A stretch of 64,000 nucleotides of DNA from Coprothermobacterota bacterium (lineage in GTDB: Bacteria; Coprothermobacterota; Coprothermobacteria; Coprothermobacterales; Coprothermobacteraceae). The notes beneath the pieces are model-generated. The model saw only the letters and a list, made by a program, of their open reading frames with translations. It made no database searches and had not been told where the DNA came from. Made by a program: the position numbers and the translations under genes. Shown piece by piece: positions 27,894 through 36,808 of the stretch (position 1 is the stretch's first letter; the number at the start of each line of letters is the position of its first letter). The stretch is taken from the NCBI GenBank assembly GCA_036679065.1, contig JAZIGN010000001.1, positions 64,001 to 128,000 on the forward strand. Direction: 5' to 3'.

Positions 27894-29693
27894 TTGAAAG
27901 GAGGCATAAAGGATTTGGGCAAGTATGAAGGGGAACAAATAAAAAAGCTCATGCAAAGGGCCGAACGCGTGGGGACTCTGGGTTCTCCATCTAGTACCGG
28001 TACGCTCAGTGTGGAAATACTAGAAACCGCAGTTTCCAAGAAACTTGTTGGCGAGATGATTTTGTTCAATTTTATTCAAGATAGCAAGGAGCATTTCGGT
28101 CTCGGACAAATAAACGAGGTCATACTTAAGAACAAATGGCTTGAGGATCCCACAATGAGGGCGTTAGCTCGGAGGCGTGGAAACGTGAACCAAGTTAGCG
28201 GCATGCAGGATACTCACCGGGCTGATGTCATGGTAAGTGCGGTTTTTGGGTTGGGTGAAAAGGGTTTCGAGCCAAGCGTATTGGGTACTGTACCACCTAC
28301 TGGTACCATGCTTCACTTGGTTAACGACGAGATCTTGGATTTACTTCTAAACCGCTACAAAAACGAAATCTTCTACCTGGGTCGCATCTATGGTTCTGAG
28401 ACGAAACTGCCCATGTGGTTCAAGCATTTTGGCACAGGTCCGGCAGGTGCTGGTGAAGCTTATCACATTGGTGTGTTTGGCAGAACAGGCTCTGGCAAAT
28501 CTGTTTTGGCAAAAATGATTACACTGGCTTATGCGAGGCACGCCGACATGGGTATTTTCATTCTTGATCCGCAAGGGGAATTTGCTTTGGGCCTTGGTGA
28601 TGGTGCTCCGGGTATCAAATCCATGGGAAACGTTCTTTGTAAGCCGGTCTTGCGTAAACTAGGACGTGAAGCTGTGGTTTACGACATTGAGAACATCTTG
28701 CTCCAGGATTGGTACTTGTTTACTCATTTCTTGAAGGAGTTTGGGTTTTTTAGTGACCTTGGCATAAAGTATGAGGATTACCAGGAAATCGCTGCGGATT
28801 ACTTGGAGGATTTTTTACGTGACAGCGGCACCGTAAGCTTTCAAAACCTGAGTGAAGAAACGTTGTTACCTGTTCTGGATTACTTGTACAGAGTGGCTGA
28901 GAAAATTTACGCGGGAAAAGCTGGTTACGACCGAGTGCGTTCAAACGTGGATGAGCTAAAGCAGAAAATGGAGGAAGGCACCTTTTCACGCACTCAAAGA
29001 ACATGGAACACTGTTATCCGGTTTTTTAAATGGAGTAGCGGAAAAAAAACTCCTGCTCAGATCATCAACGACCATGTTTTAACCCCGGAGAAAAAACCTG
29101 TTGTTGTCATCGATCTTTCGAAGAAAGCTGAAGGGGTTAGCGAAATAAGTTGGAACGAGTCCATAAAACCGCTCATCATTGGTACTTTTCTTGGTGCCCT
29201 GGTTCGCGAGGCAGAAAATCATTACAAGGAAGGAAAGAGCCTGAACACGTTGGTGGTCATTGATGAAGCGCATCGCTTTGTACCCAGTGGCCGACTGGAA
29301 AACAGGAACAGTGAATCAGTAAGGCGCACTTTGATTGATGCAGTGAGAACCACAAGAAAGTACGGTCTGGGGTGGATGTTCATAAGTCAAACTTTGTCAA
29401 GCTTGGACCGGGAAATAGTGGAGCAACTCCGCATAAGCTTCTTTGGTTTTGGGCTTTCCATGGGAAGTGAACTTCGTTCGCTGACTGAAATCATTGGTGG
29501 TTCGCAAAGTGCCATGAACCTGTATCAGTCGTTTCGCGATCCCCACAGCTCATTCGATTTGGAGTCCAGGCAGTACTCGTTCATGACAGTGGGTCCAGTT
29601 TCTCCATTGTCCTTTGCTGGTACGCCCTTGTTTTTTAATGCTTTTAACGATGTGGGTGAGTTTCTGCGTGCTAACAACTTGGAGATCTACTGA
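27894..29693 (+). CDS. herA: HerA/FtsK-family ATPase (helicase HerA, DUF87)
   Basis: HAS-barrel-like N-terminus. HIGVFGRTGSGKS (Walker A), LDPQGEF, VVIDEAHRF (Walker B) and RKYGLGWMFISQ motifs. Confidence 0.88.
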   Translation: MKGGIKDLGKYEGEQIKKLMQRAERVGTLGSPSSTGTLSVEILETAVSKKLVGEMILFNFIQDSKEHFGLGQINEVILKNKWLEDPTMRALARRRGNVNQVSGMQDTHRADVMVSAVFGLGEKGFEPSVLGTVPPTGTMLHLVNDEILDLLLNRYKNEIFYLGRIYGSETKLPMWFKHFGTGPAGAGEAYHIGVFGRTGSGKSVLAKMITLAYARHADMGIFILDPQGEFALGLGDGAPGIKSMGNVLCKPVLRKLGREAVVYDIENILLQDWYLFTHFLKEFGFFSDLGIKYEDYQEIAADYLEDFLRDSGTVSFQNLSEETLLPVLDYLYRVAEKIYAGKAGYDRVRSNVDELKQKMEEGTFSRTQRTWNTVIRFFKWSSGKKTPAQIINDHVLTPEKKPVVVIDLSKKAEGVSEISWNESIKPLIIGTFLGALVREAENHYKEGKSLNTLVVIDEAHRFVPSGRLENRNSESVRRTLIDAVRTTRKYGLGWMFISQTLSSLDREIVEQLRISFFGFGLSMGSELRSLTEIIGGSQSAMNLYQSFRDPHSSFDLESRQYSFMTVGPVSPLSFAGTPLFFNAFNDVGEFLRANNLEIY

Positions 29694-30107
29694 TCGCTGC
29701 TGGTATGTGCTTTTTTTTGTGTGTGGACTCCAAAGGATTTCTATTTCGGCGACGGTGACTGGAATGGCTTTTTTTCGCATTTAACGTTTAAGTTTAATAG
29801 TGGTGATTGGACGCGCTTATGCGGGCTAAAATCACTCATGTGGAGTGTGAAGCGTCAAGTATGAAGTGGGAAATGACATGGTTCATGTAATAGCTGTTTC
29901 CAGGGTTTCTAAGACCAAGAGTTTGGACGGTTATCAAAACTGTGTGGTGTTGTTTCCACTGGAAGGTGGCGCTGGCCAATTTGGGATCATTTGGGAACTT
30001 GTGAATCGTACTTACCTGCTTACCGCATTGGTACTTTGGATCACACAATACACAACAAAAAACTAGGAATACAAAGGAGTAACGTGGAAAGGGGGACTTA
30101 AATTTCC

Positions 30108-33100
30108 ATGAAGAATGAAAAAGTGCATGGTAATGGCGCAAACAACGAAGTGCTGGAAAAGCTGCAGAATTTGTTGAAACAGCTTTTTGAAATTGATGCA
30201 TCATCGGATTTGGACTTCGGGATTTACCGCATTTTGAATTTCCGCAGACGTGAAATCAACAAGTTCATTGAAGAGCGACTGCCACAGCGTGTGAATGAGG
30301 CTTTTGCGCACTTTGCTGCCCATACTGAGGAGGAAATTAGCAAGCAGCAAGCTGATGCAGTGGCCGTGGAAGACATGAAAACAAGGGTTTACAATGATCT
30401 TTACACATTTTTCAGTCGGTATTACGAAGATGGTGATTTTGTGCCTCGTTACCGCTACAGCATACGCGGGCACAAGTACGCCATTCCCTACAACGGCGAG
30501 GAGATCAAGCTGTACTGGGTGAACAGTGGGCAGTACTACACCAAGACGGGCACGTTGTTCCGTGATTACACCTTTGTTGCTGGTAACACGAGAATCGTAT
30601 TCAGATTAAGTGAAGCAACTGAAGAACTCGGTTCAAACAAAGCCACAAATGACCGGTTTTTCGTGCTTGACTCAGAAGAGCCGATCATCTTTGAAACTGG
30701 ACCCAAAGGAGAAGAAGGCAAATCCAGAACTGTGGTAGTGCGTTTCAACTACAGAGAACTTTACGAGGGCGATGCATGGTTTCAGCACACACAGGGTTTG
30801 TCGGCAAAACCGTCAAACGCCGGTTCTAATAATGAAAGTAGTGGCAAGGTTGAGGAAGTAGATTCCTGGGAAGAGGAAAATTATGACGAGGACGAAGGTA
30901 CTCAACATGGTAGTGGCACTGCTCGAACCACTGTAAGAATCAAGCAGGACAACTTAAACCCCCTTTTGGAGGAAGCCATCATTGACGCTGTGGCAAAAGT
31001 GGACAAAATGCTTGCTGATTGGTTAGCTGAGCCAGTCCAAAGCAATGCTGGGCCGGACCGTCGGCAGGAAGGTGCACAGCAACAAAATAGGAGCCTGCTT
31101 GGTTATCATTTGCGCCGCTTCACTTCCAAGAACAATCGTGATTACTTCATTCACAAGAATCTGCGTGCATTTCTGAATGACCAACTGGATTACTTCATAA
31201 AAGCTGAGGTACTTGATACGAGCACTTTGCTGGAGCCGAATGAGGTCAATAAGCACTTGAGCCGAGCTAGCGCGGTAAAGGAACTTGGCACTGCCATCAT
31301 TGATTTTTTAGCTCAGGTTGAAGATTTCCAAAAACGGCTTTGGGAAAAGAAGAAATTTGTTATTAAAACCGATTACGTGATCACACTGAACAGGCTTGCT
31401 CAGTGGACAAACCCTGAGTTCATGAAATACGTGGAAGAAGCCGTACTTGGGAACCAGGAGCAGCTAAGTGAATGGAGCACCCTGTTGGCATTGAATCCTG
31501 AAACCACTCGTTGGACTCGCGAAAGTCTACTCAGGGGTGGAAGCGCAAATGACGGTGGAAGTGCAAATGACGGCGAGCTGTGGAGTGCAGGGGTTGGCAG
31601 CGATGCACTTAGGCCGGAAATGTACAAGCCACTACCTTTAGATACTGCTTATTTTGATTCAGAGTTCAAGTGGCGCGTGTTGGCCGAAATAAGCAAAAAC
31701 GTGGGACTGGGTGATGCACTTGATGGTTTGCTTGTGAAGAGTGAGAACTTTCAGGCTCTGAACACGCTACTGACCAAGTACAAAGCCAAAGTTCAGACCA
31801 TCTACATTGATCCGCCATTCAACAAGGAGCAGGATGCCAACTTTCTTTACAATGTGAAGTACAAAGATTCCACCTGGGCAAGCATGTTGGAAAACCGCCT
31901 GCGGCTTGGACGAGAACTGCTCAGTGAGCGCGGCAGCATCTTCGTGCGTTGCGACTACAACGGCAACTGGATTGTAAGGCCAATAATGGATGATATTTTT
32001 GGTAAAGAGAATTTTAAGAATGAAATAATCATAAACAGAACAAAAGCTAAACAAACCATTGAAAACCAATTTGTGCAAAAAACTGAGAGTTTATTCTTTT
32101 ATACAAAAACAAACAATTCCATTTTCAACGTTGTAGAAAGAAAAATAGAACCAAAATGGTATTCTCTACTTCATTTTCCGCGCGAAGACCAGAAACCAAG
32201 AATAATATTAGGCAAAAACTTTTATCCACCTAAAGGAAGAAGATGGGCGTTATCACAAGAAAGAATAAATAAACTTGTAGAAAATGGAAAAATTAGAATC
32301 AATAAAAATTTGTCATATATAGATTGTTTAGGTAATAAAATAAATGGAATACCAGAATTGCTATATGATTCTGAAATTGTAGGGAATGAGTGGTTAGATA
32401 TCCCAGGTTATAGTCAAATTCAACATTTTCCAACTGAAAACTCCGAAGTTCTTTTAAAGCGTGTAATAGAATCTACTTCTAAGCAAGGCGACATAGTTCT
32501 TGACTTCTTCCTTGGCTCTGGCACAACCACAGCTGTTGCTCACAAGCTGGGTAGGAAGTGGATCGGTGTGGAAATGGGAGAACATTTTTGGACAGTGGTG
32601 CTACCACGCATGAAAAAGGTGTTGGCTTACGACAAAAGCGGTATTTCCAAGGAAAAAGATGTTAAAGAAACATACAATGAGAAAACTGCTGGTGGGTTTT
32701 TCAAGTACCAAATCCTGGAGCAGTACGAGGATGTGCTGGATAACCTGGAGCTTAGTCCCAACGACAACTACCTTAGTTTGTTTCAGGACGAGTACTTGCT
32801 GAAGTACTTCTTAACCGAAGAATCGAAAAACTCTCCTTATTTGCTGCAGATCGAACAGCTCAGTAAGCCCTTTAGTTACAAACTGAAGGTGAACCTGAAG
32901 GAAGTTGGTGATCCGCAGGAGTTAGTGGTTGACCTGCCTGAAACGTTTAACTACTTGCTTGGGCTTAATGTGAAGCGCATGGTCATGAAAACAATGGGCG
33001 GCGATGGAGAATCGGGCAGTGAAATTGGCGGCGCAGTGGCAACACCGCTCAATGGCAATAAGTACTTATTTGTGCTGGGTTTGGAACAAGAAAGTCAGCA

Positions 33101-33344
33101 GAAGGTAGCAGTGATTTGGCGTGATTGGCACAGTAAGAGTTGGAAAAAGACGGATTACGATGCCGACAGAACGTTCATTGTGGAAAGTCTTAAGGAAATT
33201 ACTGGCGAAAACCTCACGTTGAAAACTGTTTACGTGAATGGGCAGTCCACCTTGACCCACAGTGATGTGAGCGGAGCTGTCGTCATGGCCATTGAGCCCG
33301 AGTTCAAGCGACTGATGGAATCAACTGGGGTGAGTTTACCGTGA
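30108..33344 (+). CDS. mod: Type III restriction-modification methyltransferase Mod (large form)
   Basis: DLDFGIYRI, YNGEEIKLYW, IYIDPPFN (motif IV) and DFFLGSGTT (motif I). GTGA overlap with res. Confidence 0.9.
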   Translation: MKNEKVHGNGANNEVLEKLQNLLKQLFEIDASSDLDFGIYRILNFRRREINKFIEERLPQRVNEAFAHFAAHTEEEISKQQADAVAVEDMKTRVYNDLYTFFSRYYEDGDFVPRYRYSIRGHKYAIPYNGEEIKLYWVNSGQYYTKTGTLFRDYTFVAGNTRIVFRLSEATEELGSNKATNDRFFVLDSEEPIIFETGPKGEEGKSRTVVVRFNYRELYEGDAWFQHTQGLSAKPSNAGSNNESSGKVEEVDSWEEENYDEDEGTQHGSGTARTTVRIKQDNLNPLLEEAIIDAVAKVDKMLADWLAEPVQSNAGPDRRQEGAQQQNRSLLGYHLRRFTSKNNRDYFIHKNLRAFLNDQLDYFIKAEVLDTSTLLEPNEVNKHLSRASAVKELGTAIIDFLAQVEDFQKRLWEKKKFVIKTDYVITLNRLAQWTNPEFMKYVEEAVLGNQEQLSEWSTLLALNPETTRWTRESLLRGGSANDGGSANDGELWSAGVGSDALRPEMYKPLPLDTAYFDSEFKWRVLAEISKNVGLGDALDGLLVKSENFQALNTLLTKYKAKVQTIYIDPPFNKEQDANFLYNVKYKDSTWASMLENRLRLGRELLSERGSIFVRCDYNGNWIVRPIMDDIFGKENFKNEIIINRTKAKQTIENQFVQKTESLFFYTKTNNSIFNVVERKIEPKWYSLLHFPREDQKPRIILGKNFYPPKGRRWALSQERINKLVENGKIRINKNLSYIDCLGNKINGIPELLYDSEIVGNEWLDIPGYSQIQHFPTENSEVLLKRVIESTSKQGDIVLDFFLGSGTTTAVAHKLGRKWIGVEMGEHFWTVVLPRMKKVLAYDKSGISKEKDVKETYNEKTAGGFFKYQILEQYEDVLDNLELSPNDNYLSLFQDEYLLKYFLTEESKNSPYLLQIEQLSKPFSYKLKVNLKEVGDPQELVVDLPETFNYLLGLNVKRMVMKTMGGDGESGSEIGGAVATPLNGNKYLFVLGLEQESQQKVAVIWRDWHSKSWKKTDYDADRTFIVESLKEITGENLTLKTVYVNGQSTLTHSDVSGAVVMAIEPEFKRLMESTGVSLP
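31536..31571 (+). repeat. In-frame 18-bp tandem duplication in mod (GGSAND x2)
   Basis: GGTGGAAGCGCAAATGAC GGTGGAAGTGCAAATGAC. Confidence 0.9.
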
Positions 33345-36300
33345 GCAATGTGGAAAAGTACTTGGTGCTGAGCAAATACTTCATGCGTGAGGTTCTCGGT
33401 GTCCCCAGTTTGAAAAATGTCCGAGAAGTGCTTCTCAGGGCGAAACCCGGTGTGGACTCCGATGGTGTTACTTACTTTTGTAGGAAGCTCATGGATGAGC
33501 TGGACACCACATTAAAAATTCAACCAGACATGCTCATGGCCTACGACAAAAACATTCAGGAATATGTGGATTACATAAACAAACGCAGAAATAATGTGTC
33601 GTTGAAGTACTTCCAGTACTTGGCGCTACTGGTTACTGAGATTTATCTGGACCGCCTTACCAATGACACGAACCGGTTTGTAAGCGACTTGAACGAGTTT
33701 TTGCACACTTACAGCAACGAAGTCAAGTTCAAAAAGGAACTAAGCAACTTCACCAGTGAAGATCTTAAGAAGCTGGCTTTCTGGATGGCAACCGGAAGTG
33801 GGAAAACACTCATCATGCACATGAATTATCTCCAGTTCATGCGTTACAAGCCATTTGAACCAAGCAACATAATTCTGCTAACTCCTAATGAAGGGCTTTC
33901 CACGCAACACCATGAAGAACTGCGCATTAGTGGCATACCGGCCACTTTGTATCACGAAAACTTGCTTGCAGCAACTGGATCCACGGTAATCCCTGGGCAA
34001 GTACTGGTCATTGAAATTACGAAGCTGAAGGAAGAGAAAAGGGGCGGCGGAGTAACGTTGCCCGTGGATGCTTTTGAAGGGCGCAATTTGGTCTTTGTGG
34101 ACGAAGGGCATAAGGGAAAGGGAAGCGAAGAGCGGGTTTGGGCACGTTTGCGAGACGCTTTGGGTTCCCATGGTTTTACGTTCGAGTACAGTGCAACTTT
34201 CGGTCAAATACTGAGTGAAAAAGATTGGACTACCATGGAGGAATACGCAAAGTCCATTGTTTTTGACTACTCTTACAAGTTTTTTTACAATGACCATTAC
34301 GGAAAAGATTTTCGGGTCATGAACGTGAAAAAGGCTCCTTCATTGGCGCAGACGGACTATTCCCGCGTCATGTTCACTGCGAACCTACTCAGTTTTTACC
34401 AACAGCTTCTCAGTTACCAGAAGAACCGGGATTTGGCTATTCTGCACAACCTGGAAAAACCACTGTGGATCTTTGTGGGAGCCACAGTTCAGGGCGAAAG
34501 TTCTGATGTGGCATTGGTTACGCGGTTCTTCCGTGAAGCGGTGGATGGAAGCTTGAAGGACGTAGCTCGGCGCATTCTGAGTGGTGATTACTTGGATGAT
34601 GAGGGAAACGATTTGTTCGGCGACCGGTTCGATGAACTTCGGAAGAATTTCATCGAACCACGGGAAATGGAAAGCGAACATGGCTCCGGTAATTGGTTGG
34701 ATGCACTGTGGGATGATCTCATGCAGCGTGTTTTTCACGGTCGGGGTTCACTGCGAGTAGTTCAGCTAAGCAACGCTCCAGGCGAATTCGGGCTACGCGT
34801 GGGGGAAAACCCATATTTCGGCCTCATAAATGTGGGACAGGACAGCGGCCTTGTAAGGGCATTGAAAAACAACGGTTTTGAATTGGAAAAAGATGTTATC
34901 ACGTCTTCCCTGTTTGAACAAATAAAGGAAACTGATTCCCGAATTAACGTGCTTCTGGGGTCGCGAAAGTTCATTGAGGGATGGGACACGTGGCGTGTTT
35001 CCTCTATGGGGCTTCTGAATATGGGGCGTGGCCAAGGTCCGCAAATCATTCAGCTTTTTGGTCGTGGCGTGCGCATCAAGGGAAAGAACATGACACTGCA
35101 AAGAAGCGGCCACCCTGACTTGAGCAATCTGGAAACGCTTTTCATTTACGGCATAAAAGCGAATTACTTGGAACAATTTCTTGAAGCCATAAGAAAAGAA
35201 GGTGTAGATTACGAAGAAATACTAGTTCCCATTCAAGCGCGGCATCAGGAAAGATGGAAAGAACTGGTTGTGCCTGTTCGCAGTACATCCAAACCGTTTG
35301 AAGAATGTGTGGTTTTGGTGTTGGGCGCTGAAGAAAACATCATGGATGACTATTATGGCGAAACAGTAGCAGGAGGAAAAGAAGAGGAACAGGAAGATGA
35401 AGAACACGGTGGGGTGGCCGGTGATAGCGGTACTACAACGGTCACACTGGATTTATCGCCGCAAATAAGTACTTATGATGGTTACCGGCCACGTGATTTG
35501 TCATCAACGACGGAAGCCATAGCAGGTGGTCAAGTTAAATTGGGAAAGGGAAGTACGTCACCATTGTTGTGGGATGAATATGCCGATTACGTGGATTGGG
35601 AAGCGGTTTTCTTGGAAATGTTGCGATTTAAGGCATCACGCGGTTACTGGAACCTGGTCTTTGACGTGGATTCCTTGAAGCGTATCTGGAAAGACAACCG
35701 CCTCACCATTTACTACCCGGGCTTCGAAGTAAGGTCCATGAAAGACGTTGCCGATTTACGGGGCGTTGTTACTCAGGGTTTGAAAAAATACGTCGATGTG
35801 TTCTACAGCAAGCAAGAACGCCATTGGAAAACGAAAAACATGAAACCAGCTACTTTGGAGGAGGCAACTGGCACAAGTAGGCAACTGAGTTTGTTCACCG
35901 TGAATGAGGAACAGCCCAGCTACTACGTGGTCAAAGTTCCCAGTGACAACAAAACTGCCATTCAAAGGCTGAACAGCCTGGTTATGAACATGACGACAAT
36001 GGTGACGACGAACACGCAGCTGAACGGTGCTGCAACCACACCTACTGGTGTTGGTGGCAATGCCACAAACAATGGCAAGAGCGATGATAACAGCAATCCC
36101 TTGTTGGTTTTAAATGAGTTGGTCATCGTGCCACTGCTCTCTCAGCGAGCACTGAATAATTTGGTCAAGAAAGCACAACAGGATGAGGACTGGGAGGCAC
36201 ATCCGGCACCGCTGAATGAAGGGGAGGAAAAATTTCTAAGGGACTTGCACCATTTCGTGAGCGAAAACGACGTACCGGGTGGCTTCACCCCATATGTGAT

Positions 36301-36760
36301 GAGGAACCAGTCCAGAACGGGAATTGGTTTTCAGCTGGAATGGGCGGGGTTTTACCCCGACTTCATTATTTGGTTGGTCAAGCCAGGTGAGCAGATCATA
36401 GTGTTTGTGGACCCACATGGCCTGGTTCACGCTCATGGTCTGGATGACGAGAAAATCAAGTTTTGCTGCAGTGGAATAAAAATCATTGAGAAGCAGCTAC
36501 GGAAAAGAATGAGGAGTAGCAAAGCTGCAACGCTGGCTCCGCCACCAGGTACTGCGCCAGTTCCGGCCAAGGTAACTCTTGACGCTTTCATCATTTCGAC
36601 GACGCCCTATGATATCCTGATCAAACAAAGGCCCGACATGGATAAACCCAAGGCCTTGTATGAACAGAAGCATGTGTTGTTCCTTGAGGATAAGAGCTGG
36701 CCAGGGAAGATGCTTACAAAAGTAGTATTTGGTGACGACAGCAGCAAAAACGTGTTGTGA
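33341..36760 (+). CDS. res: Type III restriction enzyme Res subunit (SF2 helicase plus PD-(D/E)xK-like nuclease)
   Basis: FWMATGSGKT, VDEGH, YSATF, FIEGWD, QLFGRGVR and FYPDF..FVDPHG motifs. Confidence 0.9.
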   Translation: MSNVEKYLVLSKYFMREVLGVPSLKNVREVLLRAKPGVDSDGVTYFCRKLMDELDTTLKIQPDMLMAYDKNIQEYVDYINKRRNNVSLKYFQYLALLVTEIYLDRLTNDTNRFVSDLNEFLHTYSNEVKFKKELSNFTSEDLKKLAFWMATGSGKTLIMHMNYLQFMRYKPFEPSNIILLTPNEGLSTQHHEELRISGIPATLYHENLLAATGSTVIPGQVLVIEITKLKEEKRGGGVTLPVDAFEGRNLVFVDEGHKGKGSEERVWARLRDALGSHGFTFEYSATFGQILSEKDWTTMEEYAKSIVFDYSYKFFYNDHYGKDFRVMNVKKAPSLAQTDYSRVMFTANLLSFYQQLLSYQKNRDLAILHNLEKPLWIFVGATVQGESSDVALVTRFFREAVDGSLKDVARRILSGDYLDDEGNDLFGDRFDELRKNFIEPREMESEHGSGNWLDALWDDLMQRVFHGRGSLRVVQLSNAPGEFGLRVGENPYFGLINVGQDSGLVRALKNNGFELEKDVITSSLFEQIKETDSRINVLLGSRKFIEGWDTWRVSSMGLLNMGRGQGPQIIQLFGRGVRIKGKNMTLQRSGHPDLSNLETLFIYGIKANYLEQFLEAIRKEGVDYEEILVPIQARHQERWKELVVPVRSTSKPFEECVVLVLGAEENIMDDYYGETVAGGKEEEQEDEEHGGVAGDSGTTTVTLDLSPQISTYDGYRPRDLSSTTEAIAGGQVKLGKGSTSPLLWDEYADYVDWEAVFLEMLRFKASRGYWNLVFDVDSLKRIWKDNRLTIYYPGFEVRSMKDVADLRGVVTQGLKKYVDVFYSKQERHWKTKNMKPATLEEATGTSRQLSLFTVNEEQPSYYVVKVPSDNKTAIQRLNSLVMNMTTMVTTNTQLNGAATTPTGVGGNATNNGKSDDNSNPLLVLNELVIVPLLSQRALNNLVKKAQQDEDWEAHPAPLNEGEEKFLRDLHHFVSENDVPGGFTPYVMRNQSRTGIGFQLEWAGFYPDFIIWLVKPGEQIIVFVDPHGLVHAHGLDDEKIKFCCSGIKIIEKQLRKRMRSSKAATLAPPPGTAPVPAKVTLDAFIISTTPYDILIKQRPDMDKPKALYEQKHVLFLEDKSWPGKMLTKVVFGDDSSKNVL

Positions 36761-36808
36761 AGAAAAAGTTCAAAACATTTGGTAAGAAAAAGAGGAGATG
36801 AGACACAA

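Noticed and set aside
29042..29049. A8 tract in herA and the 18-bp duplication in mod as phase-variation switches
   Set aside because: The tract is short and the frame is intact. An 18-bp unit cannot shift the frame, and mod has no long simple-sequence repeat.
29694..30107. Short ORFs in the herA-mod spacer (66 aa +, 122 aa -)
   Set aside because: No HTH or controller-protein signature and no convincing RBS. Treated as non-coding.
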